Below, piece after piece: positions 45,416-55,211 of a stretch of DNA of 64,000 nt. The notes below the pieces were generated by a model that worked only from the letters and a program-made list of their open reading frames with translations, searched no databases and was not told where the DNA came from. Source of the stretch: Candidatus Binataceae bacterium (lineage in GTDB: Bacteria > Desulfobacterota > Binatia > Binatales > Binataceae). The position numbers and the translations under genes were made by a program. Position 1 is the first letter of the stretch. Each line of letters starts with the position of its first letter. The DNA lies in contig DATJMX010000030.1 of the NCBI GenBank assembly GCA_035508495.1, forward strand, positions 33,894 through 97,893, written 5' to 3'.

Positions 45416-46548
45416 GCTACAAGGCGGAAATCGTCGCCCGCGCGCGCCGCGTCGTGATCAAAGTCGGCAGCGCCGTGCTTTCCGATGCTGACGGACTGCG
45501 TGCCGACGTAATCGATCAGTTAGCATCGCAAGTCGAGGATGCCGTTCGCGCGGAACTCGAAATCGTGATCGTAAGCTCGGGCGCCGTCGCCGCCGGCCGC
45601 GCGAAACTCGGCAAACTCGGCGGCGCGACGATCGCGGCGCGCCAGGCCGCCGCAGCCGCGGGGCAGATCGAGCTGATGTCCGCATGGGCGCGCTCCTTTG
45701 CGGCTCATGGCAGAACCGTCGGGCAGATTCTGCTGACGCATCAGGATGTTGCCGAGCGTAAGCGCAGGGCCAACGCGAATCAGACGATCTCGGAATTGCT
45801 CGGAGCGGGCGTGATTCCGATCGTCAACGAAAACGACACGGTCGCGGTCGAGGAAATCCGCCTCGGCGACAACGACGAGCTGTCGTCGCTGGTCGCAAGC
45901 CTCGTGCAGGCCGAGTTGCTGATAATCCTGAGCGACGTGCCGGGCGTGCTCACCGGCGATCCGCGCAAGCGTCCCGACGCGAGTCTCGTCCCCGTCATCA
46001 CCGATCCTGAAGCCGGGATGCGCGGGCTGGTCGCCGAAAGCGCGGGTCCGCTTGGCAGCGGCGGGATGGCGACCAAGCTCAAGTCGGCGCGGCAGGCCGC
46101 GCGCGCGGGTATCGCGACGATTATCGCCCCGGGCCGTGAGCCCGGCACGATCACGGCCGCGCTCGATCCGGCGCGCGAAGTCGGCACGCTCATCGTTCCC
46201 GCCAGTATCCGGATGAAAAGCCGCAAGCATTGGATCGCCTTCGCGCTCAGGCCCACGGGCGAGCTAGCAGTCGATCGCGGCGCGGCCGAGGCGCTCAAGA
46301 CCAAGGGCCGCAGCCTGCTCGCCTCCGGAATCCGCGAAGTGCGAGGAGAGTTCGGCGGCGGCGACTGCGTGAGCCTGCGCGATCCCGACGGCGTCGAGTT
46401 CGGGCGCGGCCTCGTCAACTATCCGGCCGCCGACGTAATGAAAGTGGCGGGGCGCCGCTCCGCCGAGATCGCATCTTTGCTTGGCTACAAGGTTGCCGAC
46501 GAGATCATACATCGGGATAATTTTGTCTTGCTCAAGGAACTTGAATGA
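45403..46548 (+). CDS. proB: glutamate 5-kinase (with C-terminal PUA domain)
   Basis: VIKVGSAVL, IVSSGAVAAG and IPIVNENDTVAV. Confidence 0.9.
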   Translation: MSHLSYKAEIVARARRVVIKVGSAVLSDADGLRADVIDQLASQVEDAVRAELEIVIVSSGAVAAGRAKLGKLGGATIAARQAAAAAGQIELMSAWARSFAAHGRTVGQILLTHQDVAERKRRANANQTISELLGAGVIPIVNENDTVAVEEIRLGDNDELSSLVASLVQAELLIILSDVPGVLTGDPRKRPDASLVPVITDPEAGMRGLVAESAGPLGSGGMATKLKSARQAARAGIATIIAPGREPGTITAALDPAREVGTLIVPASIRMKSRKHWIAFALRPTGELAVDRGAAEALKTKGRSLLASGIREVRGEFGGGDCVSLRDPDGVEFGRGLVNYPAADVMKVAGRRSAEIASLLGYKVADEIIHRDNFVLLKELE

Positions 46549-47801
46549 GTCTCGAAGCTGAAGTAATTGGCGCGCTCGAGCGTGCCCGCGCCGCCGCGCA
46601 TCCGATGTCGCTCGCGACCACGGAGCAGAAGAACGCGGCGCTGCGCGCGCTCGCCACCTCGATTCGCGCAAACTGCGAGGCGATCGTCGCCGCCAACTCA
46701 AAAGACTTGAAGCGCGCGCGCGACGATGGCCGCACGGGAGCGTTTATCGAGCGACTCACGCTGAATGCGTCACGAATCGAGACGATGGCGAAGTCGGTCG
46801 AGGAGGTCGCCGCCTTGCCCGATCCGGTCGGCGGCGTACTCGAGGAATTCACGCGTCCCAACGGTCTCACGATCAGAAAGGTGCGCGTGCCGCTCGGCGT
46901 GATCGCGATCATTTACGAGTCGCGGCCCAACGTGACGATCGATGCGGGCGCCCTCGGATTCAAGTCCGGCAATGCGATCGTACTGCGCGGCGGCAAGGAA
47001 GCGCTCGAGGCCAACTGCTGTCTCGCCGATCTCATCATCGCGGCGATCCAAGGCGTGGGTCTCAATGCCGACGCGGTCACGCTGATTCGAAATCCCGACC
47101 GCGAAGCGATTCAGATCATGAAGCGGCAGACCACGCTGATCGATTTGATAATCCCGCGCGGCGGCAACGCGCTGAAAGACGCGCTCGCGGGATCCGCGGT
47201 GCCGCTGCTGCCGCATTTCGACGGCCTCTGCAACACCTACGTCGATCGCGCCGCCGATCTGAAGATGGCCGAGGAGATCTGCTTCAACGCGAAGTGCTCG
47301 CGGCCCTCGGTCTGCAACGCGATGGAGAACATGGTCGTTCACTCGGCCGTTGCGGAGCAATTCTTGCCCGCGATCGCGTCGCGATTGATCGCGGCCGGCG
47401 TCGAGTTGCGCGGCGACGAGCGCGTTTGCAGAATCGTTCCGCAAGCGAAGCCCGCTGCACTGAGCGAGTTCGATACCGAATATCTCGACATGATTCTTTC
47501 GATTGCGATCGTCGACTCGCTCGACCAGGCGATCGCCTTCGTCGAGCGTCACAGCTCGCATCTGGCCGATGCGATCGTGACCGGGGATCCGGCCGCGGCC
47601 GCGCGCTTTGAACGCGAGGTCGATTCGGCTACCGTTTACGTCAACGCGTCAACCCGCTTCACTGACGGCTTCGAGTTCGGGTTTGGCGCCGAAACCGGCA
47701 TTTCAACGAACCGCCTGCACGCGCGCGGTCCGATGGGACTCAACGAGCTGACCACTTACAAGTACGTGATTGAGGGCACCGGGCAGGTAAGGATCGTTTA
47801 G
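46545..47801 (+). CDS. proA: gamma-glutamyl phosphate reductase
   Basis: ALDH-like fold with IPRGGNAL, the catalytic Cys region FNAKCSRPSVCNAME, and NASTRFTDGFEFGFGAE. Confidence 0.9.
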   Translation: MSLEAEVIGALERARAAAHPMSLATTEQKNAALRALATSIRANCEAIVAANSKDLKRARDDGRTGAFIERLTLNASRIETMAKSVEEVAALPDPVGGVLEEFTRPNGLTIRKVRVPLGVIAIIYESRPNVTIDAGALGFKSGNAIVLRGGKEALEANCCLADLIIAAIQGVGLNADAVTLIRNPDREAIQIMKRQTTLIDLIIPRGGNALKDALAGSAVPLLPHFDGLCNTYVDRAADLKMAEEICFNAKCSRPSVCNAMENMVVHSAVAEQFLPAIASRLIAAGVELRGDERVCRIVPQAKPAALSEFDTEYLDMILSIAIVDSLDQAIAFVERHSSHLADAIVTGDPAAAARFEREVDSATVYVNASTRFTDGFEFGFGAETGISTNRLHARGPMGLNELTTYKYVIEGTGQVRIV

Positions 47802-47818
47802 GCCGCAGTCTTTGGGGT

Positions 47819-48463
47819 TTGCAGGTGCGGGTAGGACTGTTCGGCGGAAGTTTCAATCCCATTCATCTCGGACACTTGCGCTCGGCTGAGGAAGTGCGCG
47901 AGGCGCTGAAGCTCGACCTGATTTATTTCATCCCGGCCGCCTCGCCGCCGCATAAGGCGGAGGGCGATCTCGCCCCCGCCGAGCATCGCCTGGCGATGGT
48001 GCGCCTCGCGACCAAGGGCAATCGCCATTTCATGGTCTCGGATATCGAGGTGCGGCGCATGGGGCGCTCGTTCACGATCGAGACCGTCCGCTACTTCAAC
48101 TCGACGCTCCGTCAGCCCGCGCCGCTCTACCTTATGATGGGGATGGATCAGTTCAACGAATTCGACACCTGGCGCGAGGCCGACGAGCTCGTGCGGCTGT
48201 GCAATCTCGCCGTTCACACAAGATTAAACGAGGAGCAGGACGGGCCGTCGCGAATTTCGGTTGCCACGCTCGATCGCTTTGGCTACAGTCGCAGTGACGA
48301 TCACTACGTGCATCCGAGCGGAAACACGCTTTCTTTCGTTCAAACCACTTTCCTTCCTATTTCTGCCACCGCGATCCGCCACAAGCTCCAGCAAGGCGAG
48401 TCGATCAACTATCTCGTGCCCGGCGATGTCGTCGATTATATCAAGCGCCACGCGCTCTACTGA
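47819..48463 (+). CDS. nadD: nicotinate-nucleotide adenylyltransferase
   Basis: GLFGGSFNPIHLGHL (HxGH nucleotidyltransferase motif). Confidence 0.85.
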   Translation: MQVRVGLFGGSFNPIHLGHLRSAEEVREALKLDLIYFIPAASPPHKAEGDLAPAEHRLAMVRLATKGNRHFMVSDIEVRRMGRSFTIETVRYFNSTLRQPAPLYLMMGMDQFNEFDTWREADELVRLCNLAVHTRLNEEQDGPSRISVATLDRFGYSRSDDHYVHPSGNTLSFVQTTFLPISATAIRHKLQQGESINYLVPGDVVDYIKRHALY

Positions 48464-48544
48464 GGTTTAGGAACTGGGTATTCCCCGCCAATCCGTATCA
48501 GCCCTACATACCGCCGCGGCACGCAGCCGCAGCGAGAGGAAGCA

Positions 48545-48934
48545 GTGACAGCAATCGAAAAAGCCTATGCTGCCGTCGAGGCGGCACTGGACAAGAAAGG
48601 CTATGACCTGGGCGTGTTCGAAGCCGAGCATCTGAAATCGGTCGCCGACTATTTCATGGTCGTGACGGGACGCTCGGACGTTCAATGCCAGGCGATTGCG
48701 CGCGGAATCGAGGAACGCCTCGCCACCGCAGGCGCTCGCCCGCTTGCGATCGAAGGCTTTCAGCATGCGCACTGGATCCTGCTCGACTACGACGACGTCG
48801 TGGTCCACGTCTTCTACGAACCGGCAAGAGAATTCTACAGACTGGAGACCAACTGGCTCGACGCAAACGCAGTCCCGCTCCCGGAGCCTCTCAGCCGGCA
48901 AGCGAAGGAACTGCGTCTACACGCCAGCGGCTGA
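48545..48934 (+). CDS. rsfS: ribosome silencing factor RsfS (Iojap family)
   Basis: KKGYDLGVFEAEHLKSVADYFMVVTGRSDVQCQAIARGIEE...WILLDYDDVVVHVF; GTG start. Confidence 0.8.
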   Translation: MTAIEKAYAAVEAALDKKGYDLGVFEAEHLKSVADYFMVVTGRSDVQCQAIARGIEERLATAGARPLAIEGFQHAHWILLDYDDVVVHVFYEPAREFYRLETNWLDANAVPLPEPLSRQAKELRLHASG

Positions 48935-48956
48935 TTCCTGTCCCCGATCCTTCAAC

Positions 48957-48988
48957 CCCTCTCCCTGGTCAGGGAGCGGGATTTTCGG
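48957..48988. repeat. repeat family E copy (CCCCTCTCCCTGGTCAGGGAGCGGGATTTTCGG)
   Basis: Matches 32137-32175. Confidence 0.5.
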
Positions 48989-49077
48989 ACCTGGCGAAAG
49001 TGGGCCGGTTGTTCCGCGATGCGCGGGTCTGTTAGATGAATCCTTAGCGTTGTATCGAACGGGTCTGGGCGAAAATC

Positions 49078-50106
49078 GTGGATCATCATGAAATGGGCGC
49101 CAGCGCGGGCGACGTGACCGCGCCTTCTGCCGCCTTCGCCACCGGCTATGATGCCGCGACGAAGGCCGCAGGCGTGCGCGTGATGCGCGAGCGGATGGTC
49201 GTGCGCGTGGTCGGCGACGATCGCGTCTCGTTCTTTCACGGGATGTGCAGCGCCGATGTGAAAGGCGCATCGGCGGGATCGATACTGCCCGCGCTCTTTC
49301 TCACCGAGCATGCTCATGTGATCGCTGATCTCTTTATCTGGGTGACGGATGATTCGCTCCTGCTCGAAATCGACTCTGGTGCATGGCAACGTACGCGAGA
49401 GCATCTCGAACGACTGCTCGTCGCAGACGATGTTGAGTTCGAGGATACAGACCTTGCCGTCATCGACGTCGAGGGTCCGCGATCATCCGATACTGCCGCG
49501 CTCCTCGGCGCTCGCGATGCATCGTCGCCGCAATCATGGCGCTATCTGCCAGTTAACGAATTGCTGATCGGCAACCTGCCGCGGGTTGGATCTCCTGCGT
49601 TCACGATTCTCGCGCCTGTGGAGCGTGCGGATTCGATCGCCGCGAAAATCATTGCGGCGATTCCGGGCGCGGCCGCGATCGATGATGCCGTCGTCGAAAC
49701 GCTACGCATCGAAAACGGTCTCGCGCGTGCCGGCGTCGATACTGGCGAGAAGACGCTCGCGCTCGAGGCTCGCCTCAATCGCGCGATCTCATTCAACAAG
49801 GGATGCTACCTGGGCCAGGAAACGATCGAACGTGCGACCGCGCGTGGAGCATTGAAAAAGCAGCTCTTTGTGCTTAAGTTTCCCGCCGGAAAGATTCCGC
49901 CCGCGGGCGCGGCGCTGATGCTCGACGGCAAGGAAGTTGGGCGTGTGACGAGTACGGCGATTTCGCCGCGCGCAGGCACAATTGGCCTCGCGATACTCCA
50001 TCACAGCGCATGGGCCGCGGGTACGAAACTCAGCCTCGACGGCGACGGCGACGCCGCGATCGTTGGTGACATCCCCTCGCAATCGAGCGGACGAATGTTA
50101 GATTGA
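49078..50106 (+). CDS. ygfZ: folate-binding Fe-S cluster repair/tRNA-modification protein YgfZ (GcvT-like)
   Basis: NKGCYLGQETIERATARG matches the YgfZ KGC(Y/F)xGQE signature. Confidence 0.7.
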   Translation: MDHHEMGASAGDVTAPSAAFATGYDAATKAAGVRVMRERMVVRVVGDDRVSFFHGMCSADVKGASAGSILPALFLTEHAHVIADLFIWVTDDSLLLEIDSGAWQRTREHLERLLVADDVEFEDTDLAVIDVEGPRSSDTAALLGARDASSPQSWRYLPVNELLIGNLPRVGSPAFTILAPVERADSIAAKIIAAIPGAAAIDDAVVETLRIENGLARAGVDTGEKTLALEARLNRAISFNKGCYLGQETIERATARGALKKQLFVLKFPAGKIPPAGAALMLDGKEVGRVTSTAISPRAGTIGLAILHHSAWAAGTKLSLDGDGDAAIVGDIPSQSSGRMLD

Positions 50107-50150
50107 ATCATGCTTTCACGCCGCCAGCGTGAAAACAGGGAGTTGAAAAG

Positions 50151-50294
50151 ATGGCTAACACTCTTGGAAAGCGATACATGTGCGAGAAGTGCGGTACCGA
50201 GGTACTCTGCAACAAGGCCGGCACCGGCGAGTTCGAGTGTTGTGAAGTGCAGATGAAGATCAAGGAGGCCAAGCCGCTTCCATCTTCCGACTGA
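50151..50294 (+). CDS. desulforedoxin-like small metal-binding protein (47 aa; below the ORF-track threshold)
   Basis: MANTLGKRYMCEKCGTEVLCNKAGTGEFECCEVQM fits the desulforedoxin pattern VYxCxxCGxxV...GGTLxCCGxxM (CxxCG ... CC); AGGGAG RBS 8 nt upstream. Confidence 0.55.
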   Translation: MANTLGKRYMCEKCGTEVLCNKAGTGEFECCEVQMKIKEAKPLPSSD

Positions 50295-50333
50295 CGTAGT
50301 GGAACCGCCCGCGTAATGCGGACGGCGTGGTGA

Positions 50334-51899
50334 TTGCCGCAAGTGACATCGACGCCTGGGAAGGCCGACCTGGTGCTGCATGAGGGCGTGGTCCTGGGAC
50401 ATCCAGGCAGCGACTCGGTAGCACTCGGCGGCGGATTTATCACGGCTCACGGCTCGTACTCGGATCTAAAGTCGGTGGTGGGTCCTCGCACCCACCTCAT
50501 CAAGCTCGCTGGCCGCGTCGTGGCGCCAGGTCTCGTCGATTCGCATCTGCATTTCTTCGAGGCCGCAGCGGTCACGACCGGAGTCTCGATTCAGCGCTGC
50601 CAGACGATCAAGGACCTCCTCGCGGACCTGCGCGTGGCTGCGGGCCGCACTCCGCCCGGCAATTGGCTGCGCGCCTTCGGATGCGATGAGGCGCTGCTCG
50701 CCGAGAAACGCGGACCGACGCGCGCCGAGCTCGACCTCGCGATTCCGAAAAATCCCATTCGCCTGCGCCATCAGACGCTCCACGCCTCGTGGCTCAATTC
50801 CCGCGCGATCAATCTGCTCGGCCTCGAAGCTCCGGGCTTCGCGCCGCCCGAGGGTGCGACGATCTACACCGATGCTGCGGGGAAGCCGAGCGGCCTCGTG
50901 CTCGGGATGGAAGAATGGATCACGCGGCATCTGCCGCTGGTGACCAAAGCCGAGGCTGAGGCACGCGCGCGCACGATGAGCCGCGAGCTATCCGCCGCCG
51001 GCGTGACCGCGTTCACCGATGCGACCTCGCGCAACAGTGCCGTCGAGGTGGAAGCGTTTGCGAAGTACGTGCAATCGGGCTCGATCTGCCAGCGCGTTGG
51101 CGTGATGATCGGCGCGCCGCATCTCGATTCGGCTGAGCAAGCGTCCGCACTCGCAAACGCCGCCGGCATGCGGCTGGCGGGCGCCAAGTTCATGCCGGGC
51201 GCGGGCTACGATGGTGAGGCCACTGTCTCTTTGACAGCGCAGGCAGCGACGATGGGCCTCGACTGCGCGTATCACGTCACCGAAGTCGAAGAACTCGAGC
51301 AGGCGCTCCTGGCGATTGAAGCGACCCGGCCGACGCTCACCGAAGCGCAGATGCCGGTTTTTAGAATCGAGCACGGCGGCACGATTCCGCCGAACTATAT
51401 CGATCGAATCACCGCCAGCGGCGCGTGGGTGGTGACAAATCCCGGCTTCGTTTATTTTCGCGGCGCCAAGTATCTCGCCGATCCCGGCATGGTGCCTCAT
51501 CTCTATCGCGCCGAGAGCCTGCGCAAGGCTGCGATTCATCTCGCGGGCGCGACAGATGCGCCTGTCACTCCGGCGCGCCCGCTGGCCGCGATCGCCGCCG
51601 CGATCTCGCGCACGACGGTGCAGGGCAAGGAGTTCGGGCCTAACGAAAAGATTGCGCCCGACGAGGCTTTCGCGATGTTCACCCGCGCGGGCGCTCGCTT
51701 GGCGCGGCTTCGCGCAGGTGTGATCGAGCCGGACAATCTTGCGGACTTGATCGTCCTGCCGCGCGACCCGACGACGCTCAAGCCCGCCGACCTGATGAAC
51801 ATGCAGGTCGATCTGACGATCGTCGGTGGACGCGTTGTCTATGAGCGCGGCCGTCCTGCGGTCGCCAATAGCGACAGCGCCGATCTCCATTCAGCCTGA
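50334..51899 (+). CDS. amidohydrolase-family metal-dependent hydrolase
   Basis: PGLVDSHLHFFEAA (HxH) and downstream His/Asp ligands; Amidohydro_3-like length. Confidence 0.7.
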   Translation: MPQVTSTPGKADLVLHEGVVLGHPGSDSVALGGGFITAHGSYSDLKSVVGPRTHLIKLAGRVVAPGLVDSHLHFFEAAAVTTGVSIQRCQTIKDLLADLRVAAGRTPPGNWLRAFGCDEALLAEKRGPTRAELDLAIPKNPIRLRHQTLHASWLNSRAINLLGLEAPGFAPPEGATIYTDAAGKPSGLVLGMEEWITRHLPLVTKAEAEARARTMSRELSAAGVTAFTDATSRNSAVEVEAFAKYVQSGSICQRVGVMIGAPHLDSAEQASALANAAGMRLAGAKFMPGAGYDGEATVSLTAQAATMGLDCAYHVTEVEELEQALLAIEATRPTLTEAQMPVFRIEHGGTIPPNYIDRITASGAWVVTNPGFVYFRGAKYLADPGMVPHLYRAESLRKAAIHLAGATDAPVTPARPLAAIAAAISRTTVQGKEFGPNEKIAPDEAFAMFTRAGARLARLRAGVIEPDNLADLIVLPRDPTTLKPADLMNMQVDLTIVGGRVVYERGRPAVANSDSADLHSA

Positions 51900-52645
51900 T
51901 GCCGGAATCATCCGCCGACGCGGTTCTCTATGAGAAGCGCGGCCCCATCGCATGGGTCACGCTCAACCGCCCCAAGCAGTACAACGCTTACAACGTAGCG
52001 ATGCGCGACGCGCTGTTCGGCGCGCTCAACGCCGTTCACGACGACCATGAAGTCCGCGCGATGGTGCTCTGCGGCGCGGGCTCGGCGTTCTCGACCGGCG
52101 GCGACCTCGCCGAGTTCGGATCCGCGCCGTCGCCGACCGTCGCGCGATGGGTCCGCTTTCGCCGCGACGTGTGGGGCACGATGCGCTCGTTGCCGATCCC
52201 GACGATCGCCGCGATTCACGGCTTTACGGTAGGCGGCGGGCTCGAGATGGCGCTCATTTGCGACTTTGCCATAGCTGCCGACGATACGCGGATTTGTCTG
52301 CCCGAAACCGGCTCGGGAATGATCCCCGGCGTCGCGGGAACGCAGACCGCCTCGCGCCGGCTCGGGCTCAGCCGCGCTCTCGATCTCTGCATCACCGGCC
52401 GTTGGATTGACGCGCAAGACGCGTTACTTGTAGGTTTGGTCGCCGACGTGGTGCCGCTCCCGGACCTCGAGCGCCGCGCCCTCGAAATGGCGCACGCGGT
52501 GGGTCGCCTGCCCCGCGAAACCTCCGCAATGTTGAAGCTTGCGGTGTGGGGTGGGCTGGAGTTGCCGATGCGGGACGGCCTCGAACTCGAACGGCATCTG
52601 GCGAAACGCCTTGAACAGATTACGGCGCGGGTTGCCCGCGGCTGA
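51899..52645 (+). CDS. enoyl-CoA hydratase/isomerase (crotonase) family protein
   Basis: ITLNRPKQYNAYN...RAMVLCGAGSAFSTGGDLAEF...GFTVGGGLEMALICDFAIAADDTRICLPE. Confidence 0.8.
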   Translation: MPESSADAVLYEKRGPIAWVTLNRPKQYNAYNVAMRDALFGALNAVHDDHEVRAMVLCGAGSAFSTGGDLAEFGSAPSPTVARWVRFRRDVWGTMRSLPIPTIAAIHGFTVGGGLEMALICDFAIAADDTRICLPETGSGMIPGVAGTQTASRRLGLSRALDLCITGRWIDAQDALLVGLVADVVPLPDLERRALEMAHAVGRLPRETSAMLKLAVWGGLELPMRDGLELERHLAKRLEQITARVARG

Positions 52646-52701
52646 AATCCGTTCGCCTCGCCATTGGATTGAATTGAAGCGCTCAGGAGGCTTCGCGGTT
52701 A

Positions 52702-54249
52702 GTGAACACGGTTAACTTCGTAACGATTCCGTCCGCTATCGTACCCGACCAGGAAATCCTGGTTTTCGGCGAAAAGCGGCTTAACTTTGCAGAGCTTGCC
52801 GAGCGAGTGGGGCGTCTTTCCACCGCTTTCAAGCAGTTCGGACTCGGCCAGCGCGACGTGGTTGCCGTGCTGGACACCAACTCGGACCTCTATATCTCGT
52901 GCTACTACGGCGCGGCCAAGGCGGGACTAACGTTCCTGCCGCTAAACTACCGGGCCAAGGAAGCCGAGCTCGAGTACATGATCAATACCGCGGCCGCCAA
53001 GGTCCTGCTGGTCGGCGATCGCTATCTCGATCTCGTTGCGAAGCTCCAGCCCAAGCTCAAGGTCGAGCAGATCGTGGCGATGGGCGACGGCCGGAACGGC
53101 ATGCCGCGAATCGGCGAGATCATTGCGAAGTCGGATCCCGACGAGGGCGAAGCAGAAGTCGATGACGAGGACACCTCGATCCTGATGTACACGAGCGGTA
53201 CCACGTCGCTGCCCAAGGGCGTGATGCTCTCGTTCCACGACTTCACCGCCTACGTGACGGCGAATGTCGATATGGCCGACGGCACCGATCGCGGCACGGC
53301 GCTCGTGTGCGTGCCTTTTTACCATATCGCCGGGACCACGGCGTACATGTCGAATGTCTGGACCGGCAGGCGCCTCGTTATTATGCCGCAGTTCGATGCG
53401 AAGACGTGGCTCGATCTCGTTCAGAAGGAGCACGTCACGCATGCCTTCGTCGTCCCGACGATGATGAAACAGCTTATCGACGATCCCGCCTTCGCCAAGA
53501 CCGATCTCACGAGCCTGACCAACGTCGCCTACGGCGGCGCGCCGATGCCGGTGCAGGTAATCCGTCGCGCGATCGAGGTCTTTCCCAAGACTGTCGGGTT
53601 CGTGAACGCATATGGCCAGACTGAGACGACCTCCTCGCTGACGGTGCTCGGCCCCGACGACCATCGGATTCAGGGCACGCCCGAGGAAGTCGAGCTGAAG
53701 CTGAAGCGCCTCAATTCGATCGGCAAGCCGCTCCCCGACGTCGAGATTCGCGTGCGCGACGATGACGGCGCGTTCCTCGATATCGGCAAGATCGGCGAAA
53801 TCGTGATTCGTACGCCGCGCATCATGAAGGGCTACGCTGGGCGCGAGGATGACGCCAAGCTCGCCGACGGATGGCGCGCGACCGGCGATCGCGGCTGGAT
53901 CGACGACGACGGCTACGTGTTCTTCGCCGGCCGCAAGGACGACATGATCATCCGTGGCGGCGAGAATATCGCGCCCGCCGAAATCGAGTCGGTGCTGATG
54001 AGCCATCCGGGTGTCGATGAGTGCGCGGTCATCGGTATCCCGTCGGTGGAATGGGGTCAGACGGTCAAGGCCTTCGTCGTTCCTCGCAAAGGCGCGAAAG
54101 TTACCGAGGAAGATCTCAGCGAGTATTGCCGCAGCCGTCTTTCGAGCTTCAAGCGGCCCGAAACGATCGAGTTTATCGACGAGCTGCCGAAGAATCCGCT
54201 CGGCAAGATCCTGCGCAAAGATCTGCGCGCCGCTTCCGGAGAGATCTGA
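52702..54249 (+). CDS. AMP-dependent acyl-CoA synthetase/ligase
   Basis: AMP-binding motif ILMYTSGTTSLPKGVML, YGQTETT, GWRATGDRGWIDDDGYVFFAGRKDDMIIRGGENI, and a C-terminal lysine region. GTG start with AGGAGG RBS. Confidence 0.85.
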   Translation: MNTVNFVTIPSAIVPDQEILVFGEKRLNFAELAERVGRLSTAFKQFGLGQRDVVAVLDTNSDLYISCYYGAAKAGLTFLPLNYRAKEAELEYMINTAAAKVLLVGDRYLDLVAKLQPKLKVEQIVAMGDGRNGMPRIGEIIAKSDPDEGEAEVDDEDTSILMYTSGTTSLPKGVMLSFHDFTAYVTANVDMADGTDRGTALVCVPFYHIAGTTAYMSNVWTGRRLVIMPQFDAKTWLDLVQKEHVTHAFVVPTMMKQLIDDPAFAKTDLTSLTNVAYGGAPMPVQVIRRAIEVFPKTVGFVNAYGQTETTSSLTVLGPDDHRIQGTPEEVELKLKRLNSIGKPLPDVEIRVRDDDGAFLDIGKIGEIVIRTPRIMKGYAGREDDAKLADGWRATGDRGWIDDDGYVFFAGRKDDMIIRGGENIAPAEIESVLMSHPGVDECAVIGIPSVEWGQTVKAFVVPRKGAKVTEEDLSEYCRSRLSSFKRPETIEFIDELPKNPLGKILRKDLRAASGEI

Positions 54250-54299
54250 CGCCGCGCCGAGCTAAAGCCGCCGCAAAGCGGAAAACTCGCCCAACCACC

Positions 54300-55034
54300 G
54301 TGGCCGGTGCGGTCGAGGTCGCACTCGCCAACGGATGCGTAACGGCGACGCTCAACTTCGGCGACGCGCGCGCAATCCTCGACGAGACGATGGCTGCTTC
54401 GCTGCTCGAGGTCTTCGAGCAGGTCGAGGACGATGACGACATCCGGATGCTCGCGATCACGGGCAGCGGCGCGAATTTCTGCCGCGGCTTCGAGCGCAAT
54501 TGCGATGCGCGCCTGGTCGAATCGCTCGCGGTTATCTCGAAACCTACCGTCGCGATTATCAACGGCTTTGCGATTGACGAGGGCCTCGAGCTCGCGATGG
54601 CGGCTGATATCCGCATCGCGCTTGGCGCTGCGCGCCTGGCGATGACGCAGCTGAATCGAGGCGAGCTGCCGCGCTTCGGTGGCACGCAGCGACTGCCAAG
54701 GCTCGCGGGTGCTGCGAATGCGCTCCGCATGATGCTCACGTCGGCCTCGATCGACGGAAACGAGGCGGCGCGAATCGGCCTCGTCAGTTACCTCGCCAAC
54801 GGCCATGTGCAGCTCGCTCAGATCTCAGCGCAGGTCGCTCAGGCTATAATAAGTCGTGCGCCCGTCGCGGCGCGGCTGGTCAAGGATGCCGTCCTCAAGG
54901 GCTACGACATGACGCTCGACCAGGGCATCAGGCTTGAGGAAGATCTCTATGCCCTGCTACAAACGACAGCCGACCGCGCCGAGGGCGTGCGGGCGTTCCT
55001 GGAAAAACGCAAGCCGCTCTTTCGCGGCGCGTGA
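54300..55034 (+). CDS. enoyl-CoA hydratase/isomerase family protein (second copy)
   Basis: GSGANFCRGFE, KPTVAIINGFAIDEGLELAMAADIRIA and RAFLEKRKPLF. GTG start chosen at 54300 to avoid overlapping the ligase; start uncertain. Confidence 0.65.
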   Translation: MAGAVEVALANGCVTATLNFGDARAILDETMAASLLEVFEQVEDDDDIRMLAITGSGANFCRGFERNCDARLVESLAVISKPTVAIINGFAIDEGLELAMAADIRIALGAARLAMTQLNRGELPRFGGTQRLPRLAGAANALRMMLTSASIDGNEAARIGLVSYLANGHVQLAQISAQVAQAIISRAPVAARLVKDAVLKGYDMTLDQGIRLEEDLYALLQTTADRAEGVRAFLEKRKPLFRGA

Positions 55035-55073
55035 TCGATGATTACTACATTCCTGAAGGAGTTCCGGTTCACG

Positions 55074-55193
55074 ATGCCTAATCAGCTTGGAAAAGTTTAT
55101 ATCTGCGGCAAATGCGGCTCGCAGGTAATTGTCACCAAGGGCGGCACCGGCGCACTCAAGTGCTGCGGCGCCCCGATGGAACAGAAGAAATAG
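55074..55193 (+). CDS. desulforedoxin-like small metal-binding protein (39 aa; below the ORF-track threshold)
   Basis: MPNQLGKVYICGKCGSQVIVTKGGTGALKCCGAPMEQKK; compare D. gigas desulforedoxin [30 protein letters not shown] from memory. GAAGGAG upstream. Confidence 0.6.
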   Translation: MPNQLGKVYICGKCGSQVIVTKGGTGALKCCGAPMEQKK

Positions 55194-55211
55194 GCGAGCA
55201 GGAGGCGCTGC

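Noticed and set aside
54021-54299. Upstream portion of ORF 54021-55034 overlapping the acyl-CoA synthetase 3' end
   Set aside because: Crotonase homology begins near GTG 54300; the upstream part lies inside the ligase gene.
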